Assembly (NCBI GenBank): GCA_020351855.1
Contig: CP070670.1
Location: 1,664,846-1,728,845 of the forward strand
Source of the DNA: Gemmatimonadota bacterium
GTDB taxonomy: Bacteria; Gemmatimonadota; Gemmatimonadetes; Palauibacterales; Palauibacteraceae
Length of the DNA: 64,000 nucleotides
Direction: 5' to 3'
Each line of letters opens with the position of its first letter. Position 1 is the first letter of the stretch. The position numbers and the translations under genes are program-made. Of the stretch, positions 50,238 through 59,770 are shown in pieces. Below the pieces are notes generated by a model. That model had not been told where the DNA came from. It was given only the letters and a program-made list of their open reading frames with translations, and made no database searches.

Positions 50238-50647
50238 AGATCCTCCAGCGAAGCGCGGGGCGCATCACCCCACAGTCTCTCGAGCTGGTAGAAGTCCCTC
50301 ACGTCGGGAAGAAAGACGTGCAGCACCACGTTGATGAAGTCCATGAGGATCCACCGCCCGGCCGAGCGGCCCTCGATGCCGGCCGCCCGGATGCCTCCCT
50401 CGCGGGCCCGCTCCAGCGCGTTGTCCGCGATCGCCCGGGCGTGAACGTCCGAGTCGCCCGAAACGATGAGGAAGTAATCGGTCGCATCGGACAGTTGCCG
50501 CAGGTCGAGCACGACTGCATTCCGCGCATTGCGCTGCAGAACGGCCCTTGTCAGGTACGACAGCTCGGCGGGAACCTCGCCCGGGCTCCCGACGAGCGCC
50601 GCGAGACGCCGCGCCAGGGGATCCGGGGCCGGGCCGTGATCTAGCAA
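50234..50647 (-). CDS. rsfS: ribosome silencing factor RsfS (Iojap)
   Basis: RsfS/Iojap core DLRQLSDATDYFLIVSGDSDVHARAIADNALE...WILMDFINVVLHVFLPDVRDFYQLERLW. Confidence 0.85.
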   Translation of the reverse strand: MLDHGPAPDPLARRLAALVGSPGEVPAELSYLTRAVLQRNARNAVVLDLRQLSDATDYFLIVSGDSDVHARAIADNALERAREGGIRAAGIEGRSAGRWILMDFINVVLHVFLPDVRDFYQLERLWGDAPRASLEDL

Positions 50648-50666
50648 GCCCGGCTCACCCCACGGT

Positions 50667-51116
50667 TCACTCCTCGGCGACCACCCAAACCGTCAGCTCA
50701 GGCCGCACGTCGGCATGGAGACGGACGGGCACGCGGAAGACGCCGAGCTCCTTGATCGGCTCGTCCAGCATGATGTCGCGACGATCGATCACGACGCCAT
50801 CTCGGGCCAGCTGCTCCGCAATGTCCACGCTCGTCACCGAGCCGAACAGTCGGCCCTCCTCGCCTGCCCTGACCTTGAAGGACACGGACCGCCCCTCGAG
50901 CTCCGCCGCCAGGCCTTCCGCCCGCTCCTTCTCGCGCTCGACGCTCACGCGCGCCTGGCGCCTCTCGTTTTCCAGGCGGCGCACGTTTCCCTCGGAGGCC
51001 GCGTACGCCAGTCCCTGTGGAATCAGGTAGTTGCGGGCGTAGCCGGCCTTCACATCGACGATCTCGCCAGCGCGGCCAAGATCCGTCACATCCTGCCTGA
51101 GTATCACTCGAGTCAT
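50667..51116 (-). CDS. rplI: 50S ribosomal protein L9
   Basis: L9 N-terminal domain (RVILRQDVTDLGRAGEIVDVKAGYARNYLIPQGLA) and C-terminal domain. Confidence 0.9.
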   Translation of the reverse strand: MTRVILRQDVTDLGRAGEIVDVKAGYARNYLIPQGLAYAASEGNVRRLENERRQARVSVEREKERAEGLAAELEGRSVSFKVRAGEEGRLFGSVTSVDIAEQLARDGVVIDRRDIMLDEPIKELGVFRVPVRLHADVRPELTVWVVAEE

Positions 51117-51139
51117 CGCATCAACACCGTTTCAAATGC

Positions 51140-52081
51140 CTAGGTACTACCGCGGGTCCCTTCGGATCCGCCGAAACGGGACCTGAGGTGGAGCCACGTG
51201 TCGCTGACGCCCAGGACGAGCGCCAGGCCCAGCGCGATCGGGTAGAACAGAAGGGCCAGCAGGGCCCATAGCACGCCCGCCCAGGAGGAGACCGCCACGG
51301 CCGGTATCATCCAGGCCAGGACCGCCGCTCCGCGCACAATGTACAGCCCGCCCATGAAAGCCAGGGCGTTCTGCCCGATGCGGGATGCCAGCTCCCCGAT
51401 GGGCAGCAGGAAGAGCAGCAGCCCTCCGATCAGAATCCAGATGAAGTGATCGCTGAAGCCGAAGTCTCGCAGCGGACCGACCGCCCCTTCGGTGCCCGCA
51501 AGGCGAGCGGTGACGTACCAAGCCACGCACAGGGCCGCGATCGTCGCGAGCGCGAGTAGAGACGGATAGAGGACGATCTGCAGTTCGACCATCTCGGCCA
51601 CGGCGGCGGAGACGGATCCGATGAGGCTGTCCGACCTCGATCCGGCAAGCCAGCTCGCGACCACCCGCGAGGTCCAGCGGAGCTCGGAAGCCACCCACCA
51701 GTCGATCCGTCCGAGTGCGCCCGGCCGAACCAAACCGAACAGCGCCAATACCGCGATGCCGGAGGCCACGGCCCCGATGGAGCGGAGCGCCAGGCGAAGC
51801 CGAGGCCACCGAAGGGTGATGAGGATGAAGGCCCCCGCGGTGATCAGGGCCCAGGCGCGCTCCGCGTACCAGAGACCCGACTGCTCGCCCGCCGGTTGGA
51901 AGATCAGCCACACCAGGAGCCCGGCGACCAGGACGGGAAGCAGTCTCCCCGGTCGGAAGGCAAGCAGCAGCACGGCAAGCGGCAGGGAAACCAGGAGGAG
52001 CGGGCTTATGGGCGAGAGCAGCGCCACGGCCAGCAGGAGGGCCGCGACGCGCGTGAGCCCCCAGCGCCGCGAGTGCTCCAC
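51140..52081 (-). CDS. DUF2232 (YybS-like) polytopic membrane protein
   Basis: About 8 TM helices. It sits between rpsR and rplI, as yybS does in Firmicutes, but no GdpP homolog follows it. Confidence 0.6.
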   Translation of the reverse strand: MEHSRRWGLTRVAALLLAVALLSPISPLLLVSLPLAVLLLAFRPGRLLPVLVAGLLVWLIFQPAGEQSGLWYAERAWALITAGAFILITLRWPRLRLALRSIGAVASGIAVLALFGLVRPGALGRIDWWVASELRWTSRVVASWLAGSRSDSLIGSVSAAVAEMVELQIVLYPSLLALATIAALCVAWYVTARLAGTEGAVGPLRDFGFSDHFIWILIGGLLLFLLPIGELASRIGQNALAFMGGLYIVRGAAVLAWMIPAVAVSSWAGVLWALLALLFYPIALGLALVLGVSDTWLHLRSRFGGSEGTRGST

Positions 52082-52096
52082 GGTCAGTCGGCCCGC

Positions 52097-52315
52097 TCAG
52101 TGGTAGTCGCGAATATAGGGGAGCAGGGCGAGGTACCTGGCGCGCTTGATCGCGAGAGCGATCTGCCGCTGGTGGCGGGCGCAGGAACCTGTTGCCCGCC
52201 GCGGCAGGATCTTGCCGCGATCGGTCACGAATCGGCTCAGCACATGTTCATCCTTGTAATCCACCTGTGCGATCCTGCGCTCGCACAGCTTGCATACCTT
52301 CTTCAATCTAGCCAT
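52097..52315 (-). CDS. rpsR: 30S ribosomal protein S18
   Basis: S18 family ([60 protein letters not shown]). Confidence 0.9.
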   Translation of the reverse strand: MARLKKVCKLCERRIAQVDYKDEHVLSRFVTDRGKILPRRATGSCARHQRQIALAIKRARYLALLPYIRDYH

Positions 52316-52326
52316 CCGACGCGCTC

Positions 52327-52866
52327 CTATTCTTCGCCGACTTCCGGCTCGCTCTCGCTGCCGACCGGGGGGGGCTGCCTCACGCGAGAGCCACGGCTGC
52401 GCTCGCCATCCTCGTCTTCGTCTTCATCCTCGTCCTCGTCCTCGTCCTCATCTTCGTCCTCGTCCTCGTCCTCATCTTCGTCCTCGTCTTCGTCCTCGTC
52501 TTCATCGTCCACGGATCGGCGTCCCCGCCGCTCCGCCCGCTCATCGCCCTCCCTCCGCATGGAGGGCGGGAAAGGCAGCTCGCCTTCCGAGAGGACGATC
52601 AGGTAGCGCAGGAGGCTCTCATCAAGCTTGAGGAGTCGCTCGAAATCCGCGAGCGAGGCGGGCTTCGCCTCGAACTGCGCAACGACGTAGTACCCGTTGC
52701 GCTCCTTGTCGATCGGATAGGCGAGCTGGCGCTTGCCCCAGTGCTCGACGGCCGAGATCTGCCCGGACTCATCGGTGAGGCGGCCGTGAAAGGTCTGCAG
52801 CTTGGACTCGATCTCCTCGGCGGTGAGCGAGGAGCGGAAGATGTATACGATCTCGTACTTGTTCAT
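52327..52866 (-). CDS. rpsF: 30S ribosomal protein S6 with long acidic (Asp/Glu)n C-terminal tail
   Basis: S6 fold ([10 protein letters not shown]...[16 protein letters not shown]). The tail is (DE)n of about 40 residues, encoded by the hexanucleotide repeat at 52408-52512. Confidence 0.9.
   Translation of the reverse strand: MNKYEIVYIFRSSLTAEEIESKLQTFHGRLTDESGQISAVEHWGKRQLAYPIDKERNGYYVVAQFEAKPASLADFERLLKLDESLLRYLIVLSEGELPFPPSMRREGDERAERRGRRSVDDEDEDEDEDEDEDEDEDEDEDEDEDEDEDEDEDGERSRGSRVRQPPPVGSESEPEVGEE
52408..52512. repeat. (gaggac/gaagac)n hexanucleotide microsatellite encoding the S6 poly-Asp/Glu tail
   Basis: About 17 near-identical 6-nt units on the coding strand. This is not a CRISPR: there are no spacers and it is in-frame coding. 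Confidence 0.8.
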
Positions 52867-53015
52867 CGGTCTCTCCTTCGGTCTGCGTCGGCCCCGGCGG
52901 TCCGGAGCAGGAGGACTATACGTCTCGTGTCTCTGTGGGCCCGCCGCTGCGACGGGTGGGCCAAGCTATCCCGGGCTCGGCCCTGCATCAAGGCTGAGGC
53001 GGCCCGATCAGCCGG

Positions 53016-55142
53016 TCATCCGAGCAGCCGAAGCACGTCCGCAAGCCACCCCAGATCCCCACCGGGCAGGGGGAGGGCACCGCGGGCTCCGTGCACGCGA
53101 GCAAACCAGGGGGCCAGCACGAGCGCCACGACGCTGATCAGCTTGATCACGATGTTCATGGAGGGCCCGGAGGTGTCCTTGAACGGGTCGCCGACCGTGT
53201 CGCCGACCACCGCGGCCTTGTGGGGTTCGGACCCCTTCCCGCCGTAGGCGCCCGCCTCGATGTACTTCTTGGCATTGTCCCATGCGCCGCCGGCGTTCGC
53301 CATGAAGAGGGCCAACAGCACCCCGCTGACCGTGGCACCGGCCAGCAGCCCCCCGAGCGCTTCGGGGCCCAGGAAGTACCCCACCACGATCGGCACGAGG
53401 ATGGCCGTCAGGCCGGGCACGATCATCTCTCGCAGGGCAGCCCGGGTGGAGATATCCACGCAGCGGGCCGAATCGGGCTTCGCCGTGCCATCCATCAGGC
53501 CGACGATCTCGCGAAACTGACGCCGCACCTCCTCAACCATCCCTGCAGCGGCGCGTCCGACGGCGGTCATCGTCAGCGCAGCAATGAAGTACGGCGTCGC
53601 GCCCCCGATGAAGAGGCCGATCACGACCAGCGGGTTCACGAGGTCGATCCCCGCATCCTGAAGTCCCACGGTGTTGGCGTACGCCGAGTACAGCGCCAGC
53701 GCCGTGAGGGCGGCAGAGCCGATCGCAAAGCCCTTGCCGATCGCGGCCGTCGTGTTGCCCAGCGCGTCGAGCTCGTCGGTGATGGCGCGAACGGCCGGTC
53801 CGAGACCGCTCATCTCGCTGATGCCACCCGCATTGTCGGCGATCGGGCCGTAGGCGTCCACAGCCATCGTAACGCCGACCGTCGCCAGCATGCCGACCGC
53901 GGCGATCCCGATCCCGTAAAGACCCGAGAATTGGTAGGACAGGAAGATCGCCAGCGCGATGAGGATCACGGGCACCGCCGTCGATTCCATTCCGACAGCC
54001 AGCCCCCGAATGATGTTCGTCGCCGAACCCGTCTGTGAGGCGTCGGCGATCTTCCGGATCGGCTTTCCGGCCGTGTAGTACTCGGTCGATAGTCCGATGA
54101 AGATCCCGACGAGCGAGCCGAAGAGCATCGCCCAGAAGGGGCCGGCACGTCCATCGATCAGCGTCCAGGCGACGCCCTGGGAGCCGGCGAAGACATCGAG
54201 ATCGACCGTGATGAACCAAGAGACGGCCCAGAACAGCACGGCCGAGATGAACGTGGTGTTCCGCAGGGCAGCGGCCGGGTTCGCGCGCTCGAGCACCCGC
54301 ATGGCAAGTACTCCGACGACGCTAGCCAGCAGACCCGCCATGACCAGCAGGATCGGCAGCGAGATGGCGGCAAGACGCTGCGCGTCCATGATGAGCGGGC
54401 TAGTGGCGCCGATGACGATCGTGGCAACGACCGAGCCGACGTACGACTCGAAGATGTCCGCCCCCATCCCGGCCACGTCACCCACGTTGTCGCCTACGTT
54501 GTCGGCGATCGTCGCCGGGTTCCGGGGGTCGTCCTCCGGAATCCCCGCCTCGACCTTCCCTACCAGGTCCGCACCGACGTCAGCGGCTTTCGTGTATATC
54601 CCGCCGCCCACGCGGGCAAACAGGGCGATCGAGGAAGCACCCATCGCGAAGCCGCTGATGATCTCCGCGAACGGGACGAAGCCGTTGCTCGCCGGCGGGA
54701 AGATGAGCAGCACCGCGCCGATACCGACCAGCCCCAGGCTGGCGACCGAGAGCCCCATCACGGCTCCGCCGCTGAACGCCACGCGGAGCGCCTTGCCGCG
54801 CCCGTCCGTGCGGGCCGCCTCCGTGGTTCGGACATTGGCGCGGGTCGCCGCCTGCATCCCGAAGAAGCCCGCGAGGATCGAGCTGGCCGCGCCGAAGACG
54901 TACGCTGCCGCCGTACGCGATCCGATCACCAGGAGGAGGAGGAGCGCGATGAGCAGGACGAACGGGATGAGGACCGAGTACTCCCGCTTAAGGAACGCCA
55001 TCGCGCCGGCGTAGATGGACGCGGTCAGCTCGCGCATGGTGTCCGTGCCCGTCGGCTGCTGGCGCACGTACGCGTACAGCGCCCACGCGCAGAACAGCCC
55101 GATCAAGCCCAATCCGACCGCCCACTGGGTGTATTCGATCAC
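53016..55142 (-). CDS. hppA: membrane-bound proton/sodium-translocating pyrophosphatase (V-PPase)
   Basis: About 16 TM helices, with the hallmark [22 protein letters not shown] and [21 protein letters not shown] motifs. Confidence 0.95.
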   Translation of the reverse strand: MIEYTQWAVGLGLIGLFCAWALYAYVRQQPTGTDTMRELTASIYAGAMAFLKREYSVLIPFVLLIALLLLLVIGSRTAAAYVFGAASSILAGFFGMQAATRANVRTTEAARTDGRGKALRVAFSGGAVMGLSVASLGLVGIGAVLLIFPPASNGFVPFAEIISGFAMGASSIALFARVGGGIYTKAADVGADLVGKVEAGIPEDDPRNPATIADNVGDNVGDVAGMGADIFESYVGSVVATIVIGATSPLIMDAQRLAAISLPILLVMAGLLASVVGVLAMRVLERANPAAALRNTTFISAVLFWAVSWFITVDLDVFAGSQGVAWTLIDGRAGPFWAMLFGSLVGIFIGLSTEYYTAGKPIRKIADASQTGSATNIIRGLAVGMESTAVPVILIALAIFLSYQFSGLYGIGIAAVGMLATVGVTMAVDAYGPIADNAGGISEMSGLGPAVRAITDELDALGNTTAAIGKGFAIGSAALTALALYSAYANTVGLQDAGIDLVNPLVVIGLFIGGATPYFIAALTMTAVGRAAAGMVEEVRRQFREIVGLMDGTAKPDSARCVDISTRAALREMIVPGLTAILVPIVVGYFLGPEALGGLLAGATVSGVLLALFMANAGGAWDNAKKYIEAGAYGGKGSEPHKAAVVGDTVGDPFKDTSGPSMNIVIKLISVVALVLAPWFARVHGARGALPLPGGDLGWLADVLRLLG

Positions 55143-55165
55143 TTACAAGCTCCTTTCGAGTATCC

Positions 55166-55753
55166 TCACTCGGTTCCAGCCGGCTCTACCGACCGGTTGA
55201 ACCGGCTCATCGCCAGGTCGATGCCCTCCATCATCCAGCACTGCACGGCCTCCTGCATCTCCGGGAACGCGAGCAGGATGGTCTCCTCCTCCGTGCCCCC
55301 CGGCGGGGCCAGAACCCAGTCCGCGAGGTCGATTCGCGAATCGGGCGGGCGTCCGACCCCGATCCTCAGCCTGGCGTATCCTCGCGTCCCGAGCGCCTGC
55401 TCGAGGGAAGCCAGACCGTTATGTCCGCCTGCCGACCCCTGGGCCCGGATACGAAAGGATCCGGGAGGCAGCGAGACGTCGTCTACCAGGACGAGGAGGT
55501 CATCGACTCGCAGGTCCCCGACGTCCCGCAGATGTTCGATGACGCGGCCGCTGCGGTTCACGTAGGTAAGAGGCTTCAGGACCCGAACCGTCTCACTGTT
55601 GACAAGGCCACCCGTCGCGGCGGCCGGTCCCTCCACCTCGTACGGGGGCAGGGACCAGGAGACGCACAGCCTGTCGGCGAGCCACCAACCGACGTTGTGC
55701 CGTGTGTCCCTGTAGCGCGGGCCCGGATTACCCAGGGCAAGGAACGTCTTCAA
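55166..55753 (-). CDS. pth: peptidyl-tRNA hydrolase
   Basis: Pth motifs LKTFLALGNPGPRY ... VNRSGRV ... HNG. The probable start is the TTG at 55751-55753. The ORF track extends it to 56044, but that Gly/Arg-rich stretch overlaps rplY. Confidence 0.85.
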   Translation of the reverse strand: MKTFLALGNPGPRYRDTRHNVGWWLADRLCVSWSLPPYEVEGPAAATGGLVNSETVRVLKPLTYVNRSGRVIEHLRDVGDLRVDDLLVLVDDVSLPPGSFRIRAQGSAGGHNGLASLEQALGTRGYARLRIGVGRPPDSRIDLADWVLAPPGGTEEETILLAFPEMQEAVQCWMMEGIDLAMSRFNRSVEPAGTE

Positions 55754-55776
55754 GATCTGGGGAGGGCGCGCCTGGT

Positions 55777-56451
55777 CTAGGAGTCCTCGTCCTCGTCCCC
55801 GGGCTCCGCCTCCCGCTCGGCCTCCGCCTCGCCGACAAGCTCCGGCTCGAACTCCTCCTCCAGCTCTTCCTCGGGCTCTTCGATCTTCAGGATGGTCGGC
55901 GGGATCACCGCGCACACCAGGGCATCCGGATCGTCGAGCACCGTGATCTCCCCCGCGCTGACGTCGGATACCTGAAACGAGTCGCCGATCTCCAGGGCGG
56001 ACACGTCGATCCCGAAGCTCTCCGGAATGTCGGTGGGAAGGCACGAAATCTGGATCTCGTACCGGTGCTGCTGGAGGATGCCACCCTCGTTCTTGACCCC
56101 GACGGGTTCGCCCGTCAGGTGCAGGGGAATCGCGACCTTGATCTCCTCGTCCACGTTGATCCGAAAGAAGTCGACATGCAGGATCGAGGGCCTCCAGGGA
56201 TGACGCTGCACCTCCCGGATCAGCACCTTGTGCGCCGGAGATCCGTCGACCTCGAGATCGATCAGCGTGCTTCCGGCGCTGATCCGGCTGAGCAGCGTTG
56301 TCAGCTCGTGCTCGTCGATCCGCAGGTTCTCCGGCTCGAAGCCGTGCCCGTACATGGTCGCCGGCACGGAACCCGCCCGGCGCAGGCGGCGGGCTCTGCC
56401 CTTACCCAGCTCAATCCTCTTCTGTGCCTTTAACTTGACTTGCTTCGTCAT
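55777..56451 (-). CDS. rplY: 50S ribosomal protein L25 / general stress protein Ctc with acidic C-terminal tail
   Basis: L25 N-terminal beta-barrel and Ctc C-domain, followed by a Glu/Asp-rich tail (EEPEEELEEEFEPE...GDEDEDS). Confidence 0.9.
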   Translation of the reverse strand: MTKQVKLKAQKRIELGKGRARRLRRAGSVPATMYGHGFEPENLRIDEHELTTLLSRISAGSTLIDLEVDGSPAHKVLIREVQRHPWRPSILHVDFFRINVDEEIKVAIPLHLTGEPVGVKNEGGILQQHRYEIQISCLPTDIPESFGIDVSALEIGDSFQVSDVSAGEITVLDDPDALVCAVIPPTILKIEEPEEELEEEFEPELVGEAEAEREAEPGDEDEDS

Positions 56452-56497
56452 CGCTCGTCTATGTCCTCTCGTACGATCGCTTTCCCTGCCGCCAGCG

Positions 56498-57463
56498 TCA
56501 GACGAACAGGGAGCTCACCGAGCGGTTGTAATGCGTGCTCTCGATCGCCCGGGCGAGCAGGCCCGCAACGGACAGGATGTTCAGGTTGCTCAGCGACTCG
56601 CGAGCGGCGTCGGACACCCGGATCGTGTCCGTGACCGTGATCTCGGCAATCTCCAGCTTGCGGAGCCGCTCGACGGCCGGCCCGGAGAACAGGGCATGTG
56701 TGGCAAGCACGTAGATTTCCCTTGCTCCGTGCTCCTTCAGCGCCTGCACCGTACCGGCCATCGTGCCCGCCGTGTCGATCATGTCGTCCGTGATCAGGCA
56801 GCGCTTGCCGGCCACGTCCCCCACCACGTTCACCACCTGCGCCACGTTGGCGGTCGGACGCCGCTTGTCGATGATCACTATGTCGGCACCCAGACGCTTG
56901 GCATAACCCCGCGTCATCTTGGCGGCGCCGACGTCGGCGGCGACGACAACCACGTCACCCTCCAGGTCCCGATAGTGCTCCATGAATACCGGCGCCGCGT
57001 AGAGGTGGTCCACCGGGATGTCGAAGAAGCCCTGGAGCTGATGCTGGTGGAAGTCGATGCTGAGCAGCCGATCAGCCCCAGCCGCCGTGATGAGGTTCGC
57101 CATCAGCTTGGCTGCGATCGAGACCCGCGGTTGGTCCTTTCGATCCTGTCGCCCGTAGCCGTAGTACGGCACGACCGCGGTCACTCTCGCCGCCGAGGCG
57201 CGCTTCGCGGCATCGATGAGAATGAGCAGCTCCAGAATGTTCGCGGCGGGCGGTGCCGTCGGCTGGATCAGAAAGACATCCCGCCCCCGGACGTTCTCGT
57301 TGATCCGTACGAAGATCTCCCCGTCCGCGAAGCGCTTGATCGTCACGTCGCACAGGGGCCTGTCCAGCTCGGCCGCAATACGCTCCGCCAGGCCGCGGTT
57401 CGCGGTCCCCGAGAGCAGCATCAGCGGACTCGCGGTCGCCGAAAGCTCCGCCATTCTTCCCAT
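56498..57463 (-). CDS. prs: ribose-phosphate pyrophosphokinase
   Basis: PRPP synthetase motifs (GYGRQDRK; PRPP-binding loop DDMIDTAGT). M4 at 57454 is an alternative start. This is the pth-rplY-prs synteny. Confidence 0.9.
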   Translation of the reverse strand: MGRMAELSATASPLMLLSGTANRGLAERIAAELDRPLCDVTIKRFADGEIFVRINENVRGRDVFLIQPTAPPAANILELLILIDAAKRASAARVTAVVPYYGYGRQDRKDQPRVSIAAKLMANLITAAGADRLLSIDFHQHQLQGFFDIPVDHLYAAPVFMEHYRDLEGDVVVVAADVGAAKMTRGYAKRLGADIVIIDKRRPTANVAQVVNVVGDVAGKRCLITDDMIDTAGTMAGTVQALKEHGAREIYVLATHALFSGPAVERLRKLEIAEITVTDTIRVSDAARESLSNLNILSVAGLLARAIESTHYNRSVSSLFV

Positions 57464-57550
57464 CGGTCAGTGTGGAAACCGGCAGTCGCCCTCAGCGGCG
57501 ATAGCCGGAAGGCAGTGAGCCCAGGACTATAAACGACGATTCGTGAGGGG

Positions 57551-58648
57551 TCAACCGGCCTGCGCCGGCACCGTCCCCTGCCCCGGCACGGTCCCCTGCC
57601 CCGGGTTCACATACAGGACCTGAGTAGGAAACGCAAACTCGATCCCCTCCTCCTCGAACTTCCGATGGATCTCCAGGTTGATCCTCTGCTGGATGTCCAG
57701 ATACTCCACGTAATTGGGGCTCAGTACGTAGTACACGGCCTCGATGTTCAGCGCGTAGGCGCCGTACTCCTTGAAGTGAGCCCGGTCGAAGCGGACTCCC
57801 TCCTCCGCTTCGATGGCCTCCCGCACCATGCCGGGAATGCGCGCGAGCTTCTCCCTCGGCGTGTCGTAGGTCACTCCCAGCGAGAAGGCGGCGCGGCGCT
57901 CGTACATGCGGCCGAAATTCTGGATCCGGCTCCCGAGCAGGTCGCTGTTGGTAAACACCAACTGTTCGCCCGACAGGCTCCGCAGTCGCGTCGTCTTGAT
58001 GCCGATGTTCTCGACGGCGCCGGTATACTCGCCGATGCGGAGGAAGTCCCCGATCACGAACGGCTTGTCGAAGACGATCGAGAGGGACGCGAACAGATCA
58101 CCGAGAATGCTCTGTACGGCCAGGGCCACGGCGATTCCGCCGATGCCCAGGCTCGCAACCAGCGCCGTGACGTCCACCGCGAGGTTGTCGAGCGCGAGCA
58201 GGAGCACGAGGGCCCAGATCACGACGCGCCCGATGTAGCCGATGGCGGTCACCCCGGTCGCGCTCGCCGGATCCACCTCGATCGTCCTCTTGCGATAGAT
58301 CTCCACGGCCGCCGCGAATCCGCCGGCAAGCCAGATTCCGACCTGGAGGATGGCGGCGATGAACGCCGCGTGACGGAGGACCAGGCTCAGGCGCTCCGGA
58401 AGGATCAGAGAGAGGCTGCCGGCATAAACCGCCACCAGCAGCAGTATGCCGGCCTTCGTCTTCCCGAGGATCTCGGCGACGAGGTCGTCGACCTCCGTCC
58501 GCGTGCGGTGCGTGAGTGCCGCCAGACGACGGGCTCCCACTTTCGCGAACACGCTTGCCGCCAGGTAGACCGCGACGGCAATGCCCGCAGCGGCAAGCCA
58601 GCGGCCGATCGGGTTGCCCCACCACGTGATATCCAGGAACTCGCTCAT
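57551..58648 (-). CDS. mechanosensitive ion channel family protein (MscS-like)
   Basis: N-terminal TM helices, the MscS pore helix region (LVASLGIGGIAVALAVQSILGDLFASLSIVFDKPFVIGDF), and a C-terminal beta domain. Start at MSEFLDITWW (ATG at 58646-58648) overlaps the stop of the upstream paralog. Confidence 0.85.
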   Translation of the reverse strand: MSEFLDITWWGNPIGRWLAAAGIAVAVYLAASVFAKVGARRLAALTHRTRTEVDDLVAEILGKTKAGILLLVAVYAGSLSLILPERLSLVLRHAAFIAAILQVGIWLAGGFAAAVEIYRKRTIEVDPASATGVTAIGYIGRVVIWALVLLLALDNLAVDVTALVASLGIGGIAVALAVQSILGDLFASLSIVFDKPFVIGDFLRIGEYTGAVENIGIKTTRLRSLSGEQLVFTNSDLLGSRIQNFGRMYERRAAFSLGVTYDTPREKLARIPGMVREAIEAEEGVRFDRAHFKEYGAYALNIEAVYYVLSPNYVEYLDIQQRINLEIHRKFEEEGIEFAFPTQVLYVNPGQGTVPGQGTVPAQAG

Positions 58649-59733
58649 TCTCGGTCCTCCGGCAGGCGAGATGCGTTCCGAATCGGAAACGCATCCGGCA
58701 CATGAAGCGTCCGGATCGGAAACGGGATGATGATCCCCTCCTTGGCGAAGCGGGCGTGCACGCGCTTGATGCACTCGTGCTGGATCCGCGGCCGGTCGGC
58801 GAACTCGTTCACCTGCACGCCCAACGTGAGATCCACGCTCGATTCCCCGAAGCCGGTGAAGCGGACGAACGGCTCCTCGTCGAGGGTCGCTCCGGGCACC
58901 TCCTCACCCATCTCCCGCAGGACCGCCAGGGCCACCCGCTCGACATGCCGCAGATCGCTGTCGTAGTGCACTCCCACCTTCACCCGCGCCCACAGCCGGC
59001 GGGAGGGGAGGTTGTAGTTGATGATGATCGAGTCGCCCAGCCGGCTGTTGGGCACGATCACTTCGTGGTCCTCCCAGAGCGACTTGATCGTCGTGTTCCT
59101 CCACTTCACGTCGATCACGTAGCCCTCCTCGCCGGAGTCGAGGCGCAGGTAGTCGCCCCGACGAACCTGGCCGCTCGCCACCACCTGAAAGCCGGCGAAC
59201 AGGGTCGCCAGGGTCGGCTGCAGGGCGAGCGCGACCGCCAGGCCGCCGATGCCGAGGCCCGTCACGAGCGGCGTCACGGAGACGCCGATGTTCTGCAGGA
59301 TGAGGAGGGTGCCCCCGACGAGAACGACCAGCTTGACGATGTTCGAAGCCAACGAGGCGGCGGGAAGCGTGCTGTGCATGCGGTGCGCGTAGTGCTGCAC
59401 GAGATCGCCGAGCATCCGCGCCACCACCACCGTCACCGAGATGAGGACGAGAATGACCAGCGTCTGGTTGAGCAGACGGCTCACGTTCGGCGAGAGGGGC
59501 AACATCTCGAGGGCCGCATACGCGCCCGCGGCCCCGAACCAGAGGATCGGGGCGTGTCGCAGCGCATCCACGATCACATCGTCCCATCGCGACTTGGATA
59601 GCTTGCTCCACTCGCGCAGACGCCGCAGGAACACGCGCTCGATCAGGAGCCCGAAGAGGGCGCCGACGAGGATGAAGGTCAGGGGCAGTCCCCAGGTCCC
59701 GATCTGGTCGAGGGTCCAACGGAACTCCGGCAT
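58645..59733 (-). CDS. mechanosensitive ion channel family protein (MscS-like, second paralog)
   Basis: Same fold (LVTGLGIGGLAVALALQPTLATLFAGFQVVASGQVRRGDYL). It is translationally coupled (ATGA) to the downstream paralog. Confidence 0.85.
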   Translation of the reverse strand: MPEFRWTLDQIGTWGLPLTFILVGALFGLLIERVFLRRLREWSKLSKSRWDDVIVDALRHAPILWFGAAGAYAALEMLPLSPNVSRLLNQTLVILVLISVTVVVARMLGDLVQHYAHRMHSTLPAASLASNIVKLVVLVGGTLLILQNIGVSVTPLVTGLGIGGLAVALALQPTLATLFAGFQVVASGQVRRGDYLRLDSGEEGYVIDVKWRNTTIKSLWEDHEVIVPNSRLGDSIIINYNLPSRRLWARVKVGVHYDSDLRHVERVALAVLREMGEEVPGATLDEEPFVRFTGFGESSVDLTLGVQVNEFADRPRIQHECIKRVHARFAKEGIIIPFPIRTLHVPDAFPIRNASRLPEDRE

Positions 59734-59770
59734 GCTCAGATCATCCTCTCGGGCTCTTGCCCGGCACGGG

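Noticed and set aside
52408-52512. Possible CRISPR-like short repeats
   Set aside because: It is a 6-nt coding microsatellite (poly-Asp/Glu of S6), with no spacers and no repeat-spacer periodicity.
55754-56044. N-terminal 97-aa extension of the pth ORF
   Set aside because: It is a Gly/Arg-rich stretch overlapping the rplY coding region. The canonical Pth N-terminus (KTFLALGNPGPRY) begins at the TTG at 55751-55753.
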